Below the pieces are notes generated by a model. The model searched no databases. It saw only the letters and a program-made list of their open reading frames with translations, and was not told the DNA's origin. The position numbers and the translations under genes are program-made. Below are positions 1-13,985 of a stretch of DNA of 64,000 bases, piece by piece (within the stretch, counting starts at the first letter, position 1; every line of letters begins with the position of its first letter). This DNA is from Felis catus (taxonomy: Eukaryota). The stretch covers positions 72,666,001 to 72,730,000 of the forward strand of contig NC_058368.1 of assembly GCF_018350175.1 (NCBI RefSeq). The letters are read 5' to 3'.

Positions 1-1113
1 AATACCCATTTGGGCAGCAAAGTGGACATCTCCTAATCTAGAGAGAGCCGATGATGTCAAGTGAAGAAAAGATAATGTCATGTTGTGTAATTCTAGAAAA
101 GGATTAGAGAAAGGTTGCCTTTACTACCAGATATGGAAACTAATATTTGGGCTGGTGTAAAGGAGGCAAAAATAGTCTATATTAAGAAGCCATATTTGTG
201 GGAAAGTCCATAATTGGATTGATGTGTTAAGGAGGTGAAAGGGTGAAGTGATCACAAGTCTGGGAAATAAATGACAGATATATGTGAAAGGCAGCAAAAG
301 AAAGGTTTCAGGAGGTCATTGTGAGATGAAAGGTAGGTTTACTAAGAGTGTCCAAGCCCTGTGTCTTTAAAGAATGCTCATTGAGTGAACAATATCGCAC
401 CCCCAAGAAGCTAATCATGGAGAACCTCCATTGGTTCACTGATGCTCACCTGGGATTCTTTTGGGACACTGCAGCTACCAGGGATGTGACTCAAGGTACT
501 CGAGGCTTCCGTTAATATTTTCAGAAGCACTGGACACAGGGGAAGAACCAATTGGAGATAATGGCAGAAGCAGATGGTGAAGCCAATGAAGGACATCACA
601 TTGTTAGTTCCCTCCCCTACTGACTTAAAAAGGATGTGTCTGTTAGGCAGCTCACCCAAGATGCTAACCAGTTGCAGCTTGAGGAAGAGGATAATGGAGT
701 CATTGGGGTAGTACTCCTTTATATAGCTTTCCCCTAAGCACTTTTCCAAGAAAATCTAGGTGTTAGCTAGGATGAGAAGGTTGCTGGTGCCTGCGTGTTA
801 AAGTCAAGGAAGACATGAGAAACTATGCAGTGTAGTGCTAACAGGCAGGTGGTGGGTTATCAGCAGGAGAAGGGATAAACTCTCTCAGCCACAAACAAAA
901 ACAATTGCTTCAAATTTTACACAGGTGAATTCAAATCCTGATTATTCTGTCACGAATGTGAAGACTATTAAAAAGTTGGCTTACCTGAAACATAATAGGA
1001 GGTTTAGAGTTTACAAGTTTTGTTTGACATTTGCCTCTTTGACTTTTAGAACTTCTTGCTCTCCCTTCCCTTCCTGACGTGGTGAAAGAGAGGCATTAAA
1101 AATCCACATAAGA

Positions 1114-1321
1114 GGGGCGCCTGGGTGGCGCAGTCGGTTAAACGTCCGACTTCAGCCAGGTCACGATCTCACGGTCCGTGAGTTCCAGCCCCGCGTCAGG
1201 CTCTGGGCTGATGGCTCAGAGCCTGGAGCCTGTTTCCGATTCTGTGTCTCCCTCTCTCTCTGCCCCTCCCCCGTTCATGCTCTGTCTCTCTCTGTCCCCA
1301 AAATAAATAAACGTTTGAAAA
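1114..1321 (+). mobile_element. Young feline Can-SINE (SINEC_Fc-like)
   Basis: GGGGCGCCTGGGTGGCGCAGTCGGTTAA head, CT-rich region, A tail; perfect 16-bp TSD aaaaatccacataaga (1098-1113 / 1322-1337). Confidence 0.95.
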
Positions 1322-1709
1322 AAAAATCCACATAAGAGAGAAATAACATAATTGACCAGCAAATAACATAATATCAATTTGTTCCCTGAGATATAATTAC
1401 CTGGGTCACCGTTTTGATCTAAGCCATGTACTAAAACAAAATTATGTAAAAGCCCTACAGCTACAGAGATCTGCAAAAAATTACAGAGCATAAACAGTAC
1501 TTTAGTTTGACTGGATTGAAAAAATCAGTTTATCTCAGCATGATTTTTGCATATTTTAATAAGGAAAAATATGCTATTTTTGTTCTTCATTAACCTTCTT
1601 ATACCCTCATGCATAAGTGTCATTCTATTGTATAGATGTCTCATTACAAAACTCTGGGTTAGAACATAGGGGAAACCAACGTGGTGTTAGAAAATAAGTC
1701 ATACCTATT

Positions 1710-1712
<3 letters not shown>

Positions 1713-1755
<43 letters not shown>
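1713..1755. repeat. (CA)n microsatellite abutting a SINE tail
   Basis: Uninterrupted AC run of about 21 units. Confidence 0.95.
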
Positions 1756-1757
<2 letters not shown>

Positions 1758-1776
1758 AATTTTTTAATGTTTATTT

Positions 1777-1828
<52 letters not shown>

Positions 1829-1991
1829 CAGGGGAGGGGCAGAGAGAAGGAGACACAGAATCCGAAACAGGTTCCAGCTCTGAGCTGTCAGTACAGAGCT
1901 CAAACCCAAGAAGAGCTCAAACCCATGAACCACGAGATCATGACCTGAGCTGAAGTCAGACTCTCAACTGACTGAGCCATCCAGGCACCCC
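1756..1991 (-). mobile_element. Can-SINE, older copy with expanded (GA)n
   Basis: Ends ...gagccatccaggcacccc (reverse complement of the SINE head); T-rich tail and long (GA)n. Confidence 0.92.
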
Positions 1992-4900
1992 TAGAAAGCA
2001 TATTTTTAAATGATACTTATTCCTACAACATAAAGATAACCACTTTTAACAAGTGGTAAAATTCCTCCACTGTGATGTTAAGCATAATTGTTACTTTGCT
2101 AAACTTAACTTCTTTATCAATTTTGACTAAATGGGCCAGTTTTAGAAACAATGTAAGGTCATTTTATCTTCTTTCTAAAGAAACATGTTTAAGGCCACAT
2201 CTCACCTGCCTCTTCCTCTCATCTCTAAAGAATTTTGTAAGAGGATGAACGGAACTGTCTTGTTAGATTTTTTGGAGAACTTAAATAAATGGCTGTTTCC
2301 AAAAATGTACGTGGGTTAGCCTGTGGTAGTAATCTTCTCTCAGGATCATAGGGCCCGGATTCTGTGAACATCTGGAATACCAACAACATTCAGGCCACAT
2401 TCACTTCATGTAATGATGAAGTTCCTCTGTCTCCACCAGCCTATCTTTCTAGTTTCTTGCCTTTAATAAATGGATGTGAAGTTTGTCTGCCAATTAATTA
2501 ATTAACAAAAGAATAAAGTGCTTGAAATATAAAGAAGGAAAAAACACTAAATAAACTTTAAATACAAAATGTTCTCTAAAATATAAGCCTTGGCTATTTA
2601 TTTGGGTTTCCTCGAAACATAAAAAGACAAATGACATGTTATCAGAAGAGCAAGTCACAGTCAGTCAGTCTGTGCTCACACCTGTCCATTGTATCTTTTG
2701 AGTACACAATTTCATCATTACAAATGCTACTACTTGGTTTGGCAGTATCTTCTTTGAAGAGGCCCTGAAATTAATATTTTATTTTTCATTTTAATTCATT
2801 TTTTCCCCTTTTACCGGAAGGGAATTGGAGAAATAAGTGGTTCAGTCCAACCTCTGAAGTTCTGGGTAAGGGTATTCTATGAAGTTCCACTGCCTGCCTT
2901 TCTTCCTGGAAACATCACCAGCATCCTGGATGCTATCAGGATCCAGCTGCTGCGTGAGCAGGAGTTTATATAAAATAGAGAAAATGAGTAAAATTTGCCT
3001 CGCAAACCTAATAGTCTGAGAAACATCTTTTCTCTCTGATCTAATAGAGTACAGTCAGCTATGGTTTTGGTGATGAAAGCAACAAGACAGAGAACCAGAC
3101 ATTGTAAAGATATTAGTCCCCACACACAAGCATACAAAACGTAGATCACCTAAATGTAGTCATCCTCCTCACTCTTCACTCACTTGCTCATTCATTCACC
3201 CAGTCAAGATGCATTTACTAAGTGCTTGCTATACATTAGGAACCATATGCAAGGCTCTTGGAAAGTCAAGGTTACCAAGACATGAACCATGAATTGAAGA
3301 TGCTCTTGCTTTCAGCTTCAAGCAAAAGCCTTTTGTCTTGGGGAACATACTTGCTGACACATGAAACCTTCAAAAACTCAATGAAGCCTGAATCCACTAA
3401 GAATACTGTCAGTCTATCAGGAGTGAAAGATTAGTTTTTTCTTCTTTTGTTATTAAAAAAAAAAAAAAACTTCTTTAGATTTAAAGATTCTTGGACCAAA
3501 CCCAAACTCAGCAATTCTGATAAAGAAATCATTCTCAACCAAACTATTCATTTCTCCGTCAGCTTTGGCTCTTTCAAAGGACTTCAGCTTAGAAGCCTGC
3601 CAAGGCAGATCCTCCCTCTGTTTTACAGGATATTTTGGATAATGCACTACATTCTAGATTCTATTAATCCTCCAGCTTTCTTATAATGGTGAGTTCATTG
3701 AAAAAAATGTATGTGTGTGTGCTACTGTCAACTCAAGTAAAAAGGAAACCAATGTGGAATCTCTGCTACAACCATAACATTAATTTAGAATACTCTTGGA
3801 TTTTTGGAGGGTATTATAACTATACTCTTGAATGCTTGGTTTGGAGAGTTTAACCAATACTTACTAATGATTGTCTTAGGCAGAATTATAATCCACCAAT
3901 AACATTTCCCAATAAATTATATTGCTAACCATTCCAGAACAGTTTATAAACTTTCAGAGAATAACACAACTTAATCAATTTAAGAAAAACAAAGGTCTAT
4001 TTTATCAGAGGAAGCACAACATGAACCTTTAAAATATAAGGATGCCTATGAAGAGCTAAGCCTACCAATTTGTTCTTATTTAATAGGATTTCCAATCTAC
4101 CTATCTTTCCTAGCCCTGGCTTGTCTGGGCACTACCCTTCTATTACTCCAAAAATAACTTCTTTATTCATTTCTGCAGCTCCCTTCCTGTGAGGCTTACC
4201 CCAAGTCATCTTGAGCAGCTATCAATTAAAAAAATATGATATAGTCATTTATTGAGCACTTACCTCATGCCAAGTATTTTGTACCCATTTATTCCTCCTA
4301 ATAAGCCTATAAGGTTGAAAGTATTTATCCAAAATTGAGAGGAGAGAAAACCAAAGCTCAGCTTAAGAAACTCTTCTAGTACTACAGAGCCCTTACATTA
4401 ATTGAAGTCTTAAATTAATGGGAGACAAATTAAAATTTAGAGAAGAATAAGAAAAAGGTGGAGGGAAATAATGGAGAGAGAGACAGCCAAGACCCTTCAT
4501 TTATAGTCAGTTAGTTTTCTTATGAAAAATAAAATAAACTTAATCAAAAGACCCAGAAGTGGCATAAACTAATGCAGAAGTCTGCTATGAAAGCCATGTA
4601 CAGCAGTGGGAAGGCTCACATCAAAACTGGGTTCAAAGATTATAGGTGAAGAGGAGAGAAATCCATGTTTTGTAAGGAAATAACTATCTTCCTATCATTA
4701 TATTCTACCTATCAATAACTTGAAAGGTGATCTAAATTGCAGGTAAATAGGAAAAGAATATTATGGTGTAATTCTGATGCTCAAAATAAGAATGTGAAAT
4801 TGAATCTTTCAAGTAATAACTGCACCACCCATGATCAGCTGAATTTAAATTCTAGCACCAAAAACGACGCTGGCATCTGTATCTTTTCTAGTATTGCCCC

Positions 4901-5002
4901 CCACTCATTCCCCCAAATCATCATAATAATGAATTTTTAGAATTTTCTTGAAGATACATGATAGATCAACCACAGGTCTTATGACTAGACAGAAAACATG
5001 CT

Positions 5003-5169
5003 GGGACGCCTGGGTGGCTCTGTGGGTTGAGCGAGGGACTTTAACTCAGGTCATGACCTCGCGGTCTGTGAGTTTGAGCCCCGCGTCGGGCTCTGCGCTG
5101 ACAGATCAGGGCCTGGAGCCTGCTTTGGATTCTGTGTCTCCCTCTCTCTCTGCCCCTCCCCCACTCATG

Positions 5170-5206
<37 letters not shown>

Positions 5207-5236
5207 AAAAATAAATAAGCATTAAAAAATTTTAAA
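5003..5236 (+). mobile_element. Can-SINE
   Basis: gggacgcctgggtggctc head, (CT)n, AATAAA tail; TSD agaaaacatgc (4991-5001 / 5237-5247). Confidence 0.93.
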
Positions 5237-6241
5237 AGAAAACATGCCTTTACATCTTCTATTTTGGGACGTGAACCCTTCACTTTGGTAACATTCCCCT
5301 CTCCCTCTGATGCGGAGGCCCTCATTGATGTGAGTGACTGACAGTGATGCTGGGCAGGGCACGGGCTGTATAATTAGAAAAAAAGGACACTACTTGAGTC
5401 TCAAGTGTACACTCATCATTTTTGTCATCAAAGAGCCACAAGCTTTGGAGAAATCAGCTTTTCCTAGCTAGTTCTTGGCTGACAGCAGGTGAAAAGATTT
5501 ACGATGAGAATTAATTACACTGATACAAAGCTACCGAGGGACATGCCAATGAGAGATGCTCATTGGCCCCAAAGGATATCAATGTCAGAGAAACAGCAGT
5601 GGCAATATATCAGCAAACGGATGTTTCTGATGCTTGACAAAACACATTATATCAATAAAAGATGTGTGTTCTGTAATGAGATTGTGTAAGAAAAGAAACC
5701 AGCACCACTTTTTTTAACAGATACACTATTTAAGACAAAAAGGTTTCTTCATGGATAGGACAATGGTGAATAGATGAGTCCTATATAATTTTAATATTTT
5801 TGCTATTAGAAATGAGGGAAAATAGATTAAAATTTAAAAAGCATTGAATAATAACAAAGTTAAGATTATAAAACATAAGCAAAATTAATATGTCCAAGGG
5901 GAAGGTTAAGACTTCAGGTTTAGTTGGTGCTTCTGAGTTGGCCTATTACAACAAAGTCCCAGTTAACACATAAGAAGAAAGCTTAAAGCTGAATTTTGAA
6001 AAAATAAACTGTATCTCTCATACCAAAAGCTTATCAAAATACAGTCATGCCATTTTTTCCATGTAACTGGAAAAAGAATTTATGGCAATGCAAGAATGAT
6101 TGTGAAAAGAAGCACTGAAGGTGATTTGGAAGCCACACTTATGCTCTCTTTTCTCTGTTCTATTGAGGTATGCCTGCATGTATTAGAGCATCCAAATATG
6201 AAATTTGCATCTACAGCTATGTTATACACATACACACATGC

Positions 6242-6243
<2 letters not shown>

Positions 6244-6272
<29 letters not shown>
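6244..6272. repeat. (CA)n microsatellite
   Basis: Direct reading of the AC run. Confidence 0.9.
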
Positions 6273-6277
<5 letters not shown>

Positions 6278-6299
6278 TCAGATCAAGATATAAGGCACT

Positions 6300-7000
6300 T
6301 ACAGCACCTCACTTGTACTCCTCCTAATTAATAATCTCTCCTCAAAGGTAACCACCATGCTGACCTCTATCATGAGACTGGATTTGCCTGTTTTTGAATT
6401 TCATATATATTAAATCATTCAGCATGTACCCTTGAGTACCCAGCTTCTTTTTCTCCTTTTATATCTATAAAATCACACATATTTTAGTGTGTTGAGTTTC
6501 ATTGCTGTGTGGTATTCTATGACATAAATATATGGCACTTTATCCATTCTACTATCAATGGATGTTTTGGTTGTACCAGATTGAGGCTATTATTAATAAT
6601 GCTATTAACATTCTCATACATGATTTTTTTACTAGAAATAAACATACATTTTTCTTGCTATATAGCCAGAAGTGTCAATGCTATTCTTTAAGATATATTT
6701 ATACATATTTATTTAACATGAGTAGACCTTCTCAAAAAGTTTTCCTAAATGGTTGTACCAGTTGGCACACCAGAAGCAATATATGAAAGTTTGTTTTGTT
6801 CTGTTCTACATAATTGCCAACACTGGATATTCTCAATAATGTTCACTTTATCCATTCTGATCAGAACCTAGAGGCTCCTCTTTGTCATTTTAATTTACAT
6901 TGTTCTGATGAGCAATGATGCTGACAGCCTATTCATAAACTTTTTGGCTATTTCGATACCCTCTTTCATGAAATGCTCTTCATTTCACTTGCCCATTTTT
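6300..7000 (-). mobile_element. Ancient L1 (L1M-type) 3' fragment
   Basis: Antisense L1 3' motifs such as ggtaaccacc, tttgcctgtttttgaatttcata, tatccattctact...ggatg and ggttgtaccagttggcac. Heavily diverged, boundaries approximate. Confidence 0.65.
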
Positions 7001-8959
7001 AAGTAAAAGAAGGCATCTTTTAAAGAGAGGCTTTGTATAGCACTAGAAAATGTCCTTCTTTACATTTAAAATGCACATGGTTTGGTATTGATGACAAAAC
7101 AGTCACCAGAGGTAATACGAACAACAAAAATTCAACTCTTAATTAGTGAAGAATAATAAAAAGTTATATCAACCTCCAACTGTGCCAGTAATTTGGCATT
7201 CCAACTTAAACATTTTTACATTTTAAAATATATTGTATAATTCTTATTAATAGCCATCTAAGACCTGCTTTCTATAAAGTCTCTTACAAGCGCTTTCTAT
7301 ACTTTTAGTCATCTCCAGAAAGAGTACAGATCTTTATAAGACACATTTATATATATATATGAAATCCATGATTCCAATTATGTTTGTGTAGTTTATTTAT
7401 AAAAACAGGTTGGACACTGAAAACAGTATAATTTAGCCTAGGCTGTTTTATGATCCAGATTGCCTATCAGTTTAAGACTATTCATGGTAACCATAATTAT
7501 GAAATACAAAAAACGATCACTGCTCACTTACTGGCAATAAAACCAAGGTACAATGTTTCACTTTATTTTCATTGCCTGAATCAAGCCAATACAGATCTTT
7601 ACTACTATAAGCACCTTCAACTGCTTAGAGACATGAACTTGAAGCATTGTAGGTAAACTTAAGTCATTCTACTGCTAGTCAGGGTAATTACTAAAAACAA
7701 AGAAAGAAACAAACAAACACATGTTACTGTGGCATGTTGACTCTAGGAATGTCGAGTTACATATTTTAGTGTCATGTCTGAATTATTATGCAGTCAACTC
7801 CTTTATTTTCCTATCCCAAGTATAGCTCATTCAAATAAATTATTTATACATTACAAATTAAAGCCATACACAGATATACATCAGCATGTGCACGTAGATC
7901 CCATATGTGTATATTATCCTGACTACGTTTACAAGGATAAAAGCTGCGATGAGATGATATGCGGTTGTTTTAATGCAGTAGATGCATTCCCTACTACATG
8001 CCCATTTGCAAACCTCAATGTGTCCAAAATGCCAATAGTTTCGCTTCTACGTGGCTGACTCCCACACAGCACAGTAAATACTGTCCATCAGACTGACTTG
8101 GAAGTGGTTCACTGAGAATGCGATATCCTCACTGGACCCTCCAAGCCGCTTAACACGAACATACTCATTGCTGATAGCTGCTTCTGTCACCACACGCTCA
8201 TTAACTGTGGAACAATTCCTAGAGCTAATTCAAAGATTTTTAAAAATAAAACAGACGGTTTTGGGGGCGGCGAGGATCTGAGGGAAAGCAGTCTTCGTAA
8301 TAACCATTGCTGAGTTCACCTGGTGATCAGTGTTATCATGAAGTTTCCACATGGAGGGCTAAGAGGATGGCTCATATCTTTAGTATTCAGCACAGCACGC
8401 TGAGTTCCACATGGCCAACACTGATGTTTAGATTGGATCCATAATAACCGGGCTATCCCAAATGGATGGGTTTAATCCATGGATTAATTCAATTCCTTAC
8501 ATGCTCTAATTTTATTCCAATTATGCTTGCTGGGTTGAAATAAAAATATCTCTGATTTCAAAAAAGGAGGGACACATTTTAAAGAAATTGCTACTGATTG
8601 GCTTTTGATGTGTTTATTTTTATATACACACTCAGAAAGGGAAAGCAGCGTGGGATCTCACGCTGGTTCTCTCACACCTTTCCTGCCCTCCCATTAGAAA
8701 CCAGTGTCACACTGGCCAGTAGAAACTCCTGATGACAAACTAAGTCAAGGGGAAGGAAACCCGTTGGTGGTCTCTGCCCATCAGGGTCTACAATGCTGTG
8801 TTCCTGGTGTTTCCACATTCAAACCTTTGCTATTTATCCCTGGGCTGAGACAGATCTAATCGCAGGTGAGCATTGACAACCAGGGAAAAGAAGGAGAATC
8901 AAGGAATAATATTATTCCCATACAAAGTCTTCACAGAAAGTTCAAATGAAGTAAGTTGC

Positions 8960-9009
8960 AAAACAAACAAACCAACAAACAAACAACAACGACAACAACA
9001 ACAAAAACA
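8960..9009. repeat. Imperfect (CAAA)n/(CAA)n repeat
   Basis: aaacaaacaaaccaacaaacaaacaacaacgacaacaacaacaaaaac. Confidence 0.8.
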
Positions 9010-9867
9010 GCTAGCTCATAGCCAGCCTGGTCTTTAAACATCCCTGTGAGGGAAGCACGTGTAAAATGCAGGTGAGGTATTACAGAGCAGAGAGATATCA
9101 ACTTTGACTGAATCTGTGTGAAATCACTTCTACACAATGCTGTAAGGTGTCATCACACGGTTCTCCTGTGTTCAATTTATAATGAAATGTCAGCCACAAT
9201 AAAGGAAAGAATAGAAATTATATAATTACAAATAACAAAAGCCTGAAAACAAAGGTTTATATATAGTGGTTTAAGAGGTAGTGAATCACATTCCTTGGAC
9301 CAATTCAGAGGACATTAACCAGTCAGCATTACCAAATAGTTGTCAAACTGTTCTATTCTTCAATTGTTCTGGAGGTATTAGGACCAAATGAACATCTGTC
9401 TTATTTAAACCCATTTCCAGCATCATTAAAAAAAAAATCCATGGTTCATTACAGGAACTGATGACACAAAGCTGAAGCAAACACCAGGATTGCTTTTGGT
9501 TGGGAGAATTTCATAAATAACTGAACGACCCCATCACTAACCCACAGTAGACTCATCCTCTAGAGGATAAGATTTCAAAAGTTATTAACATCCAGTTAAC
9601 TTCTAATATGAGGCAAGATTTTTTAGCACATTATCCTATATAATTCTTATAACAAACATGTGAGGTGGGATCTTTATTTCCAGTCTGTCTTTAAATGAGT
9701 CTTTAAAAAGATGATGTGATGTTTCCATGATCTTTTGCTAATAAGTACTATGACTTAGAATCAAACCAGCCTACAGACTTCAAAACCTTTGTCATTTTTA
9801 TTGTATCCCAAGGCACTGGATGAGGAAAACAGGTGTGCCTGTGACCACCTCACACCCCTGGAGGATC

Positions 9868-9960
9868 TGAGGCAAGCTACTGAGTCTCCCTGAGCCTCAG
9901 TTCTCTCCCATGTAGTCTATAAATTAAGGACCATCTTTGCCTACTGCATAGAGTCATGGT
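9868..9960. mobile_element. MIR fragment
   Basis: ggcaagctact...ccctgagcctcagttctctc resembles the MIR core. Confidence 0.5.
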
Positions 9961-10235
9961 GCCTGAAATAAAATACTGGCTATAGTTGAAACTTGAGAAA
10001 GCAAAAATGAGCTTCTAAGAAATATAGTCTTACCATTTAATTTTTCTTCCACATCATTACAATAATTTTGGAAGAGGCTCTTATAGGTATTTAGGGAGTA
10101 GGGAGAAGCAAGCAGTAAGAATGAAACCACCATGGTGAAGGACAGAAGGGGAAGAGGAGCAGAGACTTTATGTCAGAATCACCAGCTAGAGGTAGATGCC
10201 CTATCATTTGCCAGGTTCCCTGGGAGGTCAAGGTC

Positions 10236-10990
10236 TGTGGTGTGCCTCAATCTTTCCTGGCTCACAGCTTCTAAAACTCTTGGGATTTCCTAAGTGCTGA
10301 GAGTGATAACGGGTCTTTTGCTGTATTAATGAAGGTGATTGTCAGGTTCCACACAAGGGTGGGTACCAGTGGCCAGAAAACCCAACTGTACTTGTAGAGG
10401 TTTGGAACGTTTAGTCCCACCTCCTCCCAACACCCAACTCCAGGGAGAAGAGAGGGCTGGAGGCTGAATCACCTGGTGATTTAATCATAACTGTGTCAAT
10501 AAGCCTCCATAAAAATCCAAAAGGATTGAGTTCAGAGAACCCATGGGTTGGTGAACACGTGGAGATGCCATGACAGCAGTGGCCCAGAGAAGTCCTGGAA
10601 GCCTGGGCCCTTCCCTCATGCTTCACCGTATGTTATTCTTCATTTGGTTGTTGATTTGGATCCTTTACCATCTCCCTTAGTAAACTAGCAAGTGTTCCCC
10701 TGAGTTCTGTGAGCCGCTCTAGCAAATTAAAGGAACCTAAGAAGGAGGTCATTGAAATCTGTAGCTGGTGAGTCAGAAGCACAGGTAACAGTCTGGGACA
10801 TGTGTCTGGGATCTGAATTGGAGGGTGGAGGGGCAGTCTTGAAGGATTGGGCCCTTAACCTAAGGAATCTAACACCATCTCCAGGTGCCTAGTATCAGAA
10901 TTGCTTGGTCTTGTGGTGGGTGTGTGGGGAGAACCCTCACAAGAGTGGAATTTAGGGTGCAAGAACCCTAAAGAGTTGGTATCAGTAGAG
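10236..10990 (+). mobile_element. Probable solo LTR (MER21-like)
   Basis: Starts TG; motifs cacagcttctaaaactcttggga, cagggagaagagagggctggaggctgaatcacc, gggttggtgaacacgtggagatgc and ctgagttctgtgagccgctctagcaaatta recall MER21-family LTRs. End approximate. Confidence 0.6.
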
Positions 10991-11229
10991 AGCCACAATC
11001 GTTCCCGAGGGAAGATTGTAAAAGTAGTGGGATGAGTTTATATCACAAAAATTAAGATGAGGAAAGGCTGTGACCATGAAAGGGTTTGGAATTTATATGA
11101 AAACTTCTCAATGTTGCTGTTATCCTGAGGTTTTCTCACAAATTCTGGTCAGTTATATGTAAGTAAAAGAATTATCACTTTGCCTAATCTCATTGCCACC
11201 ACTGCCAGAAAGCACCAGAAAAGCAGTCG

Positions 11230-11352
11230 TTCACTGTCCTGGAAGTAGAGGTTTAGCCTGGAAACCTGGGTTCACTCTCCTGGGAATAGGGGTCTAGCCC
11301 GGGAACCTGGCCTCACTGTCCTGGTAGTAGGGGTCTAGCTTGGTAACCCAGA
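11230..11352. repeat. Degenerate 41-bp minisatellite, 3 copies
   Basis: Units 11230-11270, 11271-11311 and 11312-11352; consensus approximately ttcactgtcctggNagtaggggtctagcctggNaacctgg. Confidence 0.9.
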
Positions 11353-13859
11353 GCTGAGGTTGTTTTCCAATCCTTGCTATCACTGAGGATGGCTGTGTCA
11401 GGCCAGTTTGGGGAAGAGGTAGAACGCTTACACGTAGTATACAAACCCCTTTTACATCTTTCCAGAGAGGCATGGCATTAAAAGCTTATTTGCTTTTAAA
11501 GTAGAAAGGCAATCATGATTCTAAACTACTTTTATATGAAAATACTTTTCAGAACTGCAAGCTTTTGTGTGGTAAGTGGCTATAAAAGACAGATATTTAG
11601 TAAGCACATTGCTCTTTTATATCCAGTTTTCCTTTTAACTTGTGAGGGAAATGAAGCAGGATTCCCACTTAAGAAACATTTTCAACTGTATTGACTGAAT
11701 AGTTACTATGGGCATAAACTACCCAATGCTTGGGGGATATAGAGATGAGGAGGTTAGGGTTCTTACTCTCCTGAAAGAAAAAAAAATTACAGAAATGTAA
11801 ATTTAATTAATTTATAACTTGAAGACTGGAAGACAGTCTCTTGCAAGTTGCTCAAGTTGCAAGTTGTTGCATTTTTAAAAGTACTTGCATTTTTACAAGG
11901 ACTATATAGAAATTATAGCTATGTATCTATATAGGGAGAGATATCTCAGTAGAGAAAACCATAGACTATTTGCTTTATGTTGGTTAGTCCGCACACAATT
12001 TAACTCTGTAAGTAATTCATCAACTCCGCTGGTTTAATTACAATTCAGCATCCTGCCAATTTCCATTAAAATTCAAAGCCTGTTGTTGTGTCTTGTTGCT
12101 TAATTGTAGACCTCGGCTAACTAAACTTAATGCTGAAGGCAGAAGTTAGCAAACCTCCTAAGCTGATAAATGCACTTTGTTATAGCCTGACATATATCCA
12201 AGAAATCAAAGGATTGTTCTACCCAAACAAGATCATAGTCCTAATTCATACATAGTGCTATTCAAAAGAGAACACCATAGCTACTTTATTTCTTAAACCA
12301 ATAATATATTCCCCTAGTGATCAAACAACTGCCTCCAAGTGAGAGTATGGAATAGGTAGAAAGATGTAAAACATCAGAACTTGAGCTGAAACGCTAGAGT
12401 GTTCCTAGAAAATTTTGATCTGTGGGTAGCATATCTTTACTTGATACTCAATCTCTCTGATTTTACAAAATTCATTCATCCTATTTAGCAATGGTCTGTT
12501 AACATATCATAGCGTTTAATCTCCAGGTACTTGCCACATTCTCATGAAAGCATTGTTATAGTCTAGGCATTTGGGAATGTGGGTACCCGGAAGATGTCTC
12601 CTTTCACAGAAAGTGAGACATTCCAAATCAGTAAGCAAAGAAATGGCAAATATGTGGTGGTCCATGGCTATACATAGGCACTACCTGAAAAAAGATCCAC
12701 GCTTTTCATTAATTCAGGATTGCTTCATTAAATGAAGTCAAAAGTTTTCCAAACACCCATTTATATGTACTAAGTGGCAAGTAGCATGCATTGTTATTTT
12801 CAGCACTCACATAATAATACTGACTATCCTTCATGTTAAAGTAGGACTTCAAAGAAAGATCCAAGAAAAGAACTGAGTACTTTTCATTCTCTTTTCTCAA
12901 CAGAACACATGGGATATAGTTCTTTCTTTTCATTACAGACAATTCAAGACAAAACAGGAAACATTGTAGAAGGCAGTCAGTCACTGACAACATCCTAGAG
13001 GTCAATGATGGTAAGCCCCAAAATGATTATATATTTTTACAAAGCACAAGAGTCATATACGAAGACTGCGTTAGGCACCTAAATATATTGGTTAAGATAT
13101 CATGGCACCATAACTTTCTTGCTAATCTTGATCAAGCCCAAGTAAATATGTAACATTTCCATAACTAGTTCTCATATTTATACGCCATACATGGACTATA
13201 GAGAAAAAAAATATTTGTTGCTGCTTCCACAGGGAGATTCAAAGTTGAACTACAATGCATATAGACATTTGAATAGAGAAAGAATAGGCATAGAGAAAGC
13301 ATTTCGTTAATTGTGACAAAGAATTACACTTGAAATCATGATAAATCTACATTCAGTTTCTCTTACTTATTTCAAAATAAGAAAGCCTCAAATCTGTTTT
13401 TCAAGTGGATGCACAGGGATGAGCAATAAACTTTTCTGAAGATAAATGGAGAACATTGAATCTACTCAGCTTTCCTAGATGTGTGTGTGCGTGCACGGGC
13501 GAGTGCGCGCGTGATTTGCTTTTTTTCTTTTTCAATATCCGCAGTGTTTAAACAAACTACTTCTAAATTAACCCAGTCAGATCAGTTTAGATAACAAAGT
13601 TTTTGGCTCCAAGAGAATCATAAAGCATTGTGAAACCAAATATGACTTCATAGAGACCATATAAAGTTTTCCAAATTTGTTTTAAAAAAAGATAGAATTA
13701 AACTATAAAAGGACTAAAAAATGTAGAACATTATTCCAGCATGTCATAAATCAGCTGCGTAGATAATAAACTGTACAGCTTCAATTCCAACCTTCCTTTG
13801 GATTGGTATCTCTCCCCCTCCCTGTATGCACACACAACACTACACATATCTATGGGGCC

Positions 13860-13985
13860 ATGAGGATAATGATGTATCCCTATTCTGGTCACCACTGTAC
13901 CCTCAAAACTAGGAAAAGTGTCTGACACATAGTAATTATATAAGTACATAAAATATAAGTAAGTATTTGGTGAATAAATGAGGGA
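13860..13985 (+). mobile_element. L2 3'-end fragment
   Basis: tcaccactgtaccctca...gtgtctgacacatagta...tatttggtgaataaatga resembles the L2 tail. Confidence 0.5.

Noticed and set aside
411..830. 112-aa ORF and possible old LTR/L2 relic at window start
   Set aside because: No recognisable protein similarity, and I could not assign a repeat family with confidence.
1114..1190. tRNA-like A/B box sequences
   Set aside because: These are the tRNA-derived heads of SINEs, followed by CT-rich bodies, A tails and TSDs; not tRNA genes.
8386..8406. Possible REST/RE1 site (ttcagcac...)
   Set aside because: Only part of the left half-site matches; the GGACAG right half is absent.
11230..11352. CRISPR-like periodicity
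   Set aside because: Units are contiguous and similar along their whole length, with no unique spacers or cas genes, and the DNA is mammalian.
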